From: Verrucomicrobiota bacterium
GTDB lineage: Bacteria; Verrucomicrobiota; Verrucomicrobiia; Limisphaerales; SXQI01
Reading direction: 5' to 3'
Length of the DNA: 19,909 nucleotides
NCBI GenBank assembly: GCA_033762115.1
Contig: JANRLX010000018.1
Span: forward strand, 1-19,909
Part shown: positions 7,631-17,500 of the stretch, piece after piece
How positions within the stretch are numbered: position 1 is the stretch's first letter
Layout: each line of letters opens with the position of its first letter
Made by a program: the position numbers and the translations under genes
The notes under the pieces: model-generated
What the model was told of the DNA's origin: nothing
Seen by the model: only the letters and a program-made list of their open reading frames with translations
The model's database searches: none

Positions 7631-8490
7631 GTAAATTCAAAAAGCAGTTCCGGGTTTTGCCCTAACGAAAGAAATCGTTCTCGGGGATCAACCTCCTTAA
7701 GTTCACCGTTGGCCCAGCGACGTTGCTGGTAAAGGGTGCCGAAAACAAAATCAGGGGCCGCACCTCCCTGCCCTCCCACCAACTCGCCACCGCGTCGAAC
7801 ATTGTCCTGCATCCATGATGTCAGGGTGAGATGGTAAGGGTTTCGTTTGACTTCACCCACATGGAAAGAGAGCGCTGCCACAAGATCGGCAACTTCATCG
7901 ACGCCTAATTCCACGAGGAGATTAGGCGACCTGTTCTGGCCCCAGAATTCTGTTTCAAAAAGATGACAACTGAAATGGCGCGACAATGTCGCCAGGGCAT
8001 CCATCACCATCCAATGCGTCCCAATATGGGCGCTGTTCCAGTCATCCTTATGGGGATAGAAAATGGCGATTGGGGAGGTTTCGGTTAAAATTCGCGCAAT
8101 GATTTCAACGCCCGCATTCCACTGTGATTTTTCATTCTCTCTGGATGCGGTGGTTACATTATCCAGACCTCCCTCGCAGGTCTGCATGAGTTTGAACCCA
8201 ATGAATTCGCAAGCAGCTCTTAATTCATCCCATCGCTCGGCTTTGCGCTCCTTTTTTCTGCCCTGAGTCACAGCCACATTGATGACTTTCATGCCGCATT
8301 GACGAAGCATCCGCAGCGGAAGCCCTCCAATAATGCACTCGTCATCGGGATGTGGAGAGAAAATCAGAACAGAAGGGGCATCCGGAGAGATTGCAGGAGG
8401 ATTGATCGACGCGATTTTGCCAAGTGGCACTGATTTCCCGACCGTTCGAAGTCTCACATATTCTGATACCAGCTGATGATAAGGGTGCAC
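7624..8490 (-). CDS. PIG-L/LmbE-family N-acetyl-sugar deacetylase (BshB1/MshB-like), cytoplasmic
   Basis: LIFSPHPDDECIIGG (PHxDD Zn motif), VAVTQG, RWDELRAAC, PHKDDWNSAH. No signal peptide. Start uncertain: GTG 8490 or TTG 8526. Confidence 0.88.
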   Translation of the reverse strand: MHPYHQLVSEYVRLRTVGKSVPLGKIASINPPAISPDAPSVLIFSPHPDDECIIGGLPLRMLRQCGMKVINVAVTQGRKKERKAERWDELRAACEFIGFKLMQTCEGGLDNVTTASRENEKSQWNAGVEIIARILTETSPIAIFYPHKDDWNSAHIGTHWMVMDALATLSRHFSCHLFETEFWGQNRSPNLLVELGVDEVADLVAALSFHVGEVKRNPYHLTLTSWMQDNVRRGGELVGGQGGAAPDFVFGTLYQQRRWANGELKEVDPRERFLSLGQNPELLFEFTK

Positions 8491-8531
8491 ACGGACTTTG
8501 CTGTCTGAACCCGTGGGAGAAAGCAATTAAA

Positions 8532-11500
8532 TTATCCGGCTTGTGCCGCATCCAGCCGCTCGCGTAATTTTTGCAGGGCCGCTCGAGCGTAAGCATAACT
8601 GCGTTGATCGATATACGTTTGCAGGTCTGTAAACAAAGCATAACAGTAAGAAATCTCTTCATCTGTCAAAGCTCTCTTTCCCACGGTGGCCGCCTGCAAT
8701 CGTTGATAAGCCATTTCGACTTCCCGCACGAGCCCCCCAAAACCAAAGACACCCCAGATTGAGAATTTTTCGGTGATCTTTGAAATCCAATAACTGGCGA
8801 TACAGATCAGGATTGCCCCCGCAACAATCAAGGTCACATTGCCCAGGGACATGGACATGCTGTAATTGCCCGCGCTGAAAACAAGCAGGCCGGGAACAGG
8901 AACAATGAAGAAACAGAGCAGAATCAGAAACGAGAGCACAAAAGTCCGGAGAAATTCGGAAAGCGCACGCGGATTCTTTTTCGTGAGCAGGCCAGGAGGT
9001 TGTAAACGCGTTTGTATTCTGCTCAATGTCAATAAATATGGAACGAGTGCCTCTCGTTGCGCCTGGTCGAGTCGCCATGTGGCGATGAGCTTTTCCGTGG
9101 CGGTTTCGTAACGGAGGTCGAGTTTCAGGAAAAGTTCCGCAGCCTCGTTTGGGTTTAAGAGATCCCAGTTTTTAAACAGCTGGAGCAATTGCCTGTGAAG
9201 ACGACCGAATTCGAACCGGACCGTAATGCAGCGTAATGCCCAGACAAGGAGCAGGACCATTATGGTGGACAGGAGCAACCCAGCTCCAAGTGAAGCGAAT
9301 CCTCCCTCAGCCACCAGCAAGCTGACGAAAATATAAAAAGTAATCGAAGCGCTCCATCCAAGAATCTTGGGTAGAGCAATCCATTTTCCAATAGCGTTTC
9401 CGGGATGAGGAGCCATCAGAAAGGGCCCGGCAATCGTGCTGACGCTGAAAAGAAATGATGGCAGAAGAAGGAGCACGTTGAGCATGTCCAAGCTGGTCAA
9501 TGCAATCAGATTGGTCGTCAGGGAGAACAAACCAATACCCCAGACAACTGTCCTCAAGTTAATGAGATTGGCAAAACGCTCCTGCGCTTTATCCTCCCGT
9601 GGTCCAACGAGAGTTCTGTAAGCCACGTTCACCCCGCGCACATCTTCCGGCGATGCACCGGATACAGTGAATTCGAGAGTTTGGCGCACCATCTGTCCAA
9701 TTGCATGAAGGACGAGCTGGGGCCCAAACAGGAGCACATCACGGAGCCTGGTATAAAGCCACCTGCCTATGCCGACAGTATATCCGCTGGCCAGTAGAAC
9801 AAGGGGGAGCCATGCAACGGTTGTCGTTGATAATTGGTTACCGGCGTACATCAGTAGACCGGTAATGAGCGTGACCAACAAAGCAAATTCCTTCCGAAAT
9901 CCAGTGCTTTCAAGGTAAGCGTTCAGCCCGTGGATCGTCAGGATCTGATTCATGACAAACCCGAAATTCCACAGGACAATCAGAATCTGTACAAAAGGGG
10001 TCACATCAAACATGATGGCCAAAGGCATGGCCAGGATGTTGAGCAATGCGAATGGCGCAGTCAGAAAATTGCGACCGCTATTTGCCCGGATTTCCTTACA
10101 AAAAATCGGGGCGGGCCCGAAATCATTAATTTTTTGCATGACAGGGTCATGCATCATTTGCAGGTACCCCCCGGACCAGCGAGGAAAGGAAGCCAGCCAT
10201 TCACTATGGCTCCATGTTTCACGAATTTTGTGCCAGAGCGCTTGAGACACTAAAAACTTTGCCCGATAACCCAAAGCCATTGCGTGGTGTGCAGCCTGCG
10301 ACACGGCCCACGTGTCTTCGGAAATGCCTACAGCATGCGGTGTGAAGCCGATCAGACCTTCTGTTCGAACTGCAAAGGAAGATCCTCTCATCATTCGATT
10401 AGTCAGTGGCATTTTGGGAGTTTGAGGATTCAGCAGGGCACGCTGCACACGTCCGTAATGACATGCCACGATGTTTCCCCACCCTGTTCCAACCGCCTCG
10501 CTTCCTTTTCCTCCAAGCCAGGACATTAATCCTTTCAAAAACGAGCGATGCCCTTCTTCGACCAATTGTGAGGCCTGGCCGATGGCGGTGTGCGTATTGG
10601 TTGTGCCTCGGCCCGGAATGACGACAACAACATTGGGATCAGCCATGGCACAGGTGATGTCAGACATCACCGCATCCAGGTCGTGGACGTTGGCATTCCG
10701 ATCGAGAAACAGCAATGTACTGAGTTTGAGAGATTCCTCATGGACCAAATCCATCCCGGTCAATCCGCCAGCTTTAAAACCGAATGGTGTCCAATTCTGA
10801 AGATTATAAGCCCTGGCCCCTGGTGCCAACGCGCAGAGTAAACGCGCCAGCTTGTTTCGTTGAGCGAGTTCACCACCCAAATAATTTAGCTCCGAAGGGC
10901 GATTCCCTTCCGATTGGTCGAATTTGTTTTGGACCAGATAAAAAACCGTTTGAGCAGCCAATTTTTCCCGGTCCAGTCGCAATGCAAAATCAACCAGGTT
11001 AACGCCGGTATCCTGCGCGTGCCCGGCAGTGGACATCATTGTCACGAGCCACCGTCGATAATGCCATGCGATGACCATGCGCTGACGAATTTCTTTGCTG
11101 GCTGCTTCAATCGTCAGACTGGATTCAAGGTGATGCTCCTCACCGGCGACGCGGATTTGCGAAGGATGCCAGAGTGTGACAGCTGCTTTTTTTTCTGCAT
11201 CGTATAATTCCTGGAAAAGCTGTTGCAGAGCGGCGTCGTCAGGGGCTGGCCCCATTTCCTTCAAAAGCGGGATACTGCTGGACCCAAGCTTTTCACGGAG
11301 CAGCCGCCATCGCGCCAGAAGCAATACGGGTGTCAATTTTTGGCAAGCGAGATCATCGCCGCTCATGTAAACAATCCCAAGCCGGTTCGATTCACTGCTT
11401 TTTGCAACGTCCAGGCGATGCAGAAACGCGGTGTCTTCGGAGGCAAGATGCTGTTTTGAGTGAGCAACCCGACGCCACCAGCTTATAATGGAGCTTTCCG

Positions 11501-14500
11501 AAACTGAAACTACAATTGCAATGAGCGCAAAAATAATTTGTGCTGCAAAGCCGCCAGGGAGAACCACTCCGAACCTTGGTCCCCAATTCAGCAATGCAAG
11601 ATCAACCAACGCCGCAATGAGCACGCATCCCCTCAACGGCCATGTGGCAAGAAATGATGCAATACCTGTGCAAAGCAGGAAAAGACCATAGCGAAGAAGA
11701 TACATGGTGTTCCAAAAAATGATCGCTCCAATGAACATTTTGACGTTGTCACCGAGCAGGTATTTCTCAGTAAACCAGAGCGGGAACATCTCCTGACAAA
11801 GGAAAACCCCGACGGTAAAGAACAACGCTGTTAAGCCAAAATAGAAAAGAGTCGCCTGCACCAAAGGCCAGAACCCTCCAGTCGGTGCCGAAGGTTGAGT
11901 ATGATATTTAATGGAAAGCCATAATGTTGAAGCTGGTTTTGTCGCGGTAATATTCAGACTATTCAGAAATCGGATCGCTCTCGGGACTGAATCTCCAGTG
12001 GTCACCCTGTCCTGCGCTGATTTGCTGATCCACTCGGCAAGGAGCGGAAAAATAATACCCAAAAGCTCAGCCAAAACGACGATTGAAAGAAGCCCCTTAA
12101 TTAACAAAAAAGTCGTGAAACTGGCTGTTTCAATACTCATCAATCCCGCAAATAAAACTGCGAGGCCAATCACTCGAAAGGCCAGCCCGGCAGGTTCATA
12201 CCACTCTGCATTCCACCATTTTCCTTCCTTGCGTCCTGACGATGTGGATTGTGGTTTCGAAAAAAATGTCGTCACCGTCAAATCCAGGAGCATCGCTTCC
12301 CTGGGTCGGGATGCCATTCGGGAATCGTACCGGTAAATTCTCGTAAATTGAGCGATGTAAGAAAATCCGATTCCAATGGCAATAGGCACAGCCCAGAGCA
12401 GGGAAGCGGGAGAGAGAGCGGCCTGTGAAATAAGTCCCCACAAATATTGGACCATCGACCCCTCTCCAAGTGTGGCATTGTAGATAACAGTCGCTCCCAG
12501 TCCCATCAGGAAGAAATGCGGCATGACCTTGGCGTACTCAATCAGATAGGGATGCACAGGATAAGGGCGTTCCCTTTTTTTGAAGGCCTTGTATTTGGAA
12601 ATAAAGCCTTCGGAAACCCGGCGTGGGATTTTTAGCTTCTTATCCATTTCCTCGATGACTGAGGTCAGGGTCGCGCCCGGCTTCTGGATGACCATTAAAT
12701 CCATTGCATCGGGATTTGCAGGAAAATTGAAAAGCTTCCTGGCATCAAAAGGTTGGAATCGTTGACGCATTCCCATGGCATTCAGCAAGGTCCCGATCTG
12801 CTCGTTCAACCTGGTCATTGCCCTCTCTGATTCACTGGCACCATCATCTTCATTAAAGCCAGGAATTGGCTGGAGAGTTGCGCGAACCGTCTGTTCCGAT
12901 TGCTGTTTTGCTTTTTCCTCCTGCACCTGCCGCATGAGTTCAAGCAGGCTCCAATAATATTCGGAAAAATAAATCAGAAGCCGGGACCAGATGTGATTGC
13001 TGTCCTCATTTTCCTTTAAGACATCAGTTTTGCTGAAGCCATCCTTGGTCCCGGTTTTAATCACCGAGCGCATGTAAATACCGACGATTACGGCGAACTC
13101 ATCGGCCCCATTCAGCCAGGGATCCTTTTCATCCGAAACGAGTTCCCTTCCATCAACCGGCCATTTGTTCTCACTGCGTCGCCATTCCAGAACCAGTTTA
13201 TAAATGGTTCGCAGCTGCATAAGAAAATTTTGCTCAACAGGAGAGTTGGAATAACGGGTCATCTCTGCGCCTTCAGGAACGATCAGTCCCAGGACGCGAT
13301 TGGCCCACCGTTCCTCAGCCAATTGCATTACGGGAAAAGTGACCACCTCATTTCCATTGAGACCGGCGCTTGAATGACGAAATCCCCTGAATCGCCACCA
13401 AAATAATGTTGAGCAAAGAATAAACCCGTAAAACGCAAATGCGATGACCAGGAAAATTCGAAAATCGCTCACATGGCCATCCACACTTTCCTCAAATCTT
13501 TGAGATTTGAAACCGTTCGTGGATAGCTTGCTCCAGTTATGGGCATCAAGCGCCGCATGAACCGCAAGCTCGCGGTCACCTTGACTGCGGGATTTATCTG
13601 GATAAAGGACTCGCCCATTTTCAAGTTGCAGCGGTTTGGCAGGTGCCTTTTTGGTTAAGGCCACCTCCCATGAATTTTCTCCTCTCATTTTCAGCAATTG
13701 CTGCCGAACAAAGCCTGCTTCCCTGTCCATGTGATTTCGATCCAGCAATCGCAGGTAGCGCGCGGTCCAGTAAGGAGTGATGATTTCCGGACGTGTTATT
13801 GCCAGACTCCAATCGAGGCCCCATACGTTGCTCATCCAAACGCCATGACCGCGAGCCAGGTTTTCAAGCCACTCACGTTGTTGAATTTTATCAACTTCAA
13901 GGACATCGCCCGCTTCGAGCAAAGTAATCCATGAGGGGGTGGAGGAAATGCGCTCCGGTGCAAGAGCAGAAGTTTCCCCTTTTACTTCCTGAATTTCAAA
14001 AAGTCCCCTTGGCGGAACTCCTGAAGCAATGGCACGAATGACAAAATTCGATTGGATCCATGGCTTTAAATTTTCAGAAATTCTCTGCATTTCCTCCCAC
14101 CAACTCGAATCAATCTGCTGAATGATCGATGAATTGCTTCGAAGATTTTCCAAAAGAAGAAGGAGCCTGGCATTGCTGGTCAGGGAATATTCCGCTGCGG
14201 TCGGCCATTGGGTCATCCCATACTGGGTTCGCTTCCGGCGGGCAATTGATTCGCTCACTGCCGGGATATCAACCCCCGTTCGAAACTCACGCAGTAATGT
14301 GCTGAGCAGATTTTTTCCGAACCGAATGAATCTCGCTTCACCGGCCTGCAAACCATAAAGCAAAGCGCATTCAGCGATTGCAATTTGCGCTTCTGCCGTG
14401 TTCGGGGCGTAGATCGGACGAAGGTATTCAGGGCTGACAGCCCGCGCTGTTCCGCTGAGTCCATCATACGAGGCATGCAGCGGGACTGTTCCGCCATTTG

Positions 14501-17500
14501 ATTTTTCCTCATAAAACTGCATCAACTCACGGGCAAGGTTTTTTTCACCCAGGTGAAGACAAAGCTGGATAATATCCGCTTCACGCACGGTATCTACAAA
14601 CCGGCGCGTTGCAGGATGGTTTGCCGTGGGGATCAAACCGGTTCCGGGCGCTGGAAAGCTCTTAATATGCAACCGCAGCAGTTCCAGGGAAAGGCTCCTA
14701 GGAATCTCGATACTTTCTTCCCCCACATCGACTGCATTGGTCCAGGGAAGCTCTGCGGTTGAGATCGTTTGCTCAACCAGCATCGGCAATCGCGCAATAA
14801 CTCGAGATTGGATCGCAGCATCATGTAAAGTGAAGTAATTGATGGTTTCCCGCCGTTGCTGGTCTTCTATCGGGATGACCTTTGCGATAATCTGGTCCCA
14901 GCTATGTTTAAAAAGGTTTGCGACAATATTATTGTGCGCTTCAGCAAGCAAAGCAGTCGCCCAATCCTGTCCTTTTGCATACCTGATTCTTACTGAGTAA
15001 TCGTATCCATAACCGATTTCACCCGAAGTCAATTCATCCTCCAGCACCGTTGCTCGATAAAGATCGTAGCGGGGCGGTTGAAATCCATTAACGATTGTGT
15101 AAACGAGGGACTCGGCGCCCGATTCAGTCCGATAATGTTCCAAAAACCGTCCCGTTTCCGGGGACAACGCATAGAGTGGTTGCGGTTTGCCTGTGTTCCT
15201 TTGATCAAGAATGACCAGTACAGGGTAGGAAGGTGTGCCCTGACGAACATGCCTCAAACCAATGAGCTTTCCTCCCAATCGAATAAAGCTCTCATCTTCA
15301 TCCGCACTGTTCTCAATCTTCAGGTTCAGATCCCTTCGTGTCAGAATTTCCAGGCCGGAAGTTCGGCTCTCCTCGATGAATTCATGAATCAACGGTTTGT
15401 GATCCTTAACAAAGGATGCACCACGAACAACCATTCTCATTGGTGAAATGATCACACTCACCAATGATTCTGGAACTGGACTCACTTCCACACTTCTGAC
15501 GTCATGCACATCCAGCCCAGCAGACGCCAACTCATGAATTGAGACAATTCGGATATTTTTTTTGTCAACTCCCTTCACCTGGATCGAACACGCCTGCTCA
15601 GGGATGGACCGATCAGGCAACCAACGAACATTGGAGGGATCAGCCGCCCAGAATCTCACTTCACCTTTGCGGGATGCATCGTCGCGAACCAACACTGACC
15701 GCCCCTTTGAATCTTCAAAACGCAATCCTACCGATTGTTCGGGTTGCCCCACCTGGAAATAAACAAAATCAGCAATGCTCAAATCATTTGCCGGGAGTGG
15801 AAGCAGGCTTTTATTCGAGAATGTTAGCGACGTTGTCAGATCCTCAAGTGGCAGGGCCGTAATCGTATAAAGCGCCTTGCGCGCTTCACGCCCATCACTG
15901 GTTTGCTTTTCAGAAATCGTAACACTGTGTTTTCCTTCACCGTTGTAGATGCTGTTTCCCGTCACCAGCGCATCCCCATCCTCGCTGTATTCCGCTTCCC
16001 GCCAAAGTAACCATTCGTGGCTTTCGCCTGGCAGGAAGCTGTTAGTCCGCAAAAGAGTTGGGCGGCTCATTCGTCGGGAAACGAAAAGGTCTGAAGAGCC
16101 ATTGGTTTGATAGCTGCGGAGAGATCGTTCCCGAACCTCAATGGAGGTAATAAACTGGCGTGAGGAAATATTGACCGGCACAGCCCCATTACTGGATGAC
16201 GTATTCCGCTGAAACAGAAATCCCTCCTCAATCGGCATCAACGATCCAGGTTCATAGCGAAAGATGGTTCGGCCCGATACCGGAGTTAACGAGACAATAT
16301 CATTCAACGCTTCAGGAGCGGAGAGAAAACTGTTTGGCAGGAGCTTTTCAGTTTGGTTCAGGAGCTTGCCAGATCGGTCATACTCGCTGATCAATGCGCT
16401 GACCTGTCCATGCTCCAATTCGATTCGAGTAAGTTGAAGGATGTTCCGATCTGTCGCATTCGTCCCCACTAAACCTTCAAGGAAAATGGCGCTGATATTT
16501 GTGTGTCGTTTTCCGTCCAGAAACAGAGTCTTGCCAGTCCCATTTAAAGAAATTGAGTAAGCGGGAAGGTTTCGGGCATCAGGATGATGAATAATTGCTT
16601 CATCGGAGGAAAATGATTGAAGAACCAGGTCCGTTCCACGAAGCATCATTCGCTTTGTCGAAAACGTTTCGTCACCCCACATGTTGAAACGTTGCTCCTT
16701 CACCTCATCCACGGACTGTTCCATGACTTTCTCTGGAAATGGCCTGCGTTTACTCCGCGCCAGGAGCCGTCCACCTGGATCGAATTGTTCAGACAAAGTG
16801 GCAATGTCAGTTCCCGGAAACCATGCACGATCGCGTAAAGTTTCCCCGTTTTCGTACTGCACCAAAATGCTTCGGCCAAAGGGATCATCAGCACGAAGGT
16901 AATTTGTTTTTACCAATCCCCAGTTCGGAACGTGCCGGAGGGAAATGACTTGATTGGTTTCAAGGCTCTGCAGTGTGCCTGTTTCCGTGGCTGAGATTAA
17001 ACCGCTGGAATTGTAAGTTTCAGAGCGGATGACCCGATCAGTTGAGCCAGCGAAGAAGTTTGTGGTTCGCATTCCAATATCTTCCATTGAGTGGCCTGTG
17101 CGTCTGCCCAGGTGATCATGAAAAACACGAAGCCTCTGATAAGTTGCCCCCTCCACCAGAACTTCCTCCTCTGATGTCAAGGCACCCGAGTTCCAACGAT
17201 ACACGCCAAGCTTGTGGGTCAGTGTACTGTAGGCACCTTGCTGATCTTTGATAAAACGGTGGCGAGCGATTTCGACTCCATCGGAATCATAAATCGGACG
17301 GACTTCGATCTGGTCACCAATTTGGATTTTCTCCAATCTTCCACTTGCTGAATGGGTTTGAATTTCCTTCGGGCCAATTTCCAGACCATCCGCGAATTTT
17401 CTTATCACTGATTGCCATTTGCCGCTTCTCTCATCCCAATACATTTCACGCTGCTCGAGAATTTCACCAGAAGTAGTGCGCGTTTCAGAAACGATAGAAT

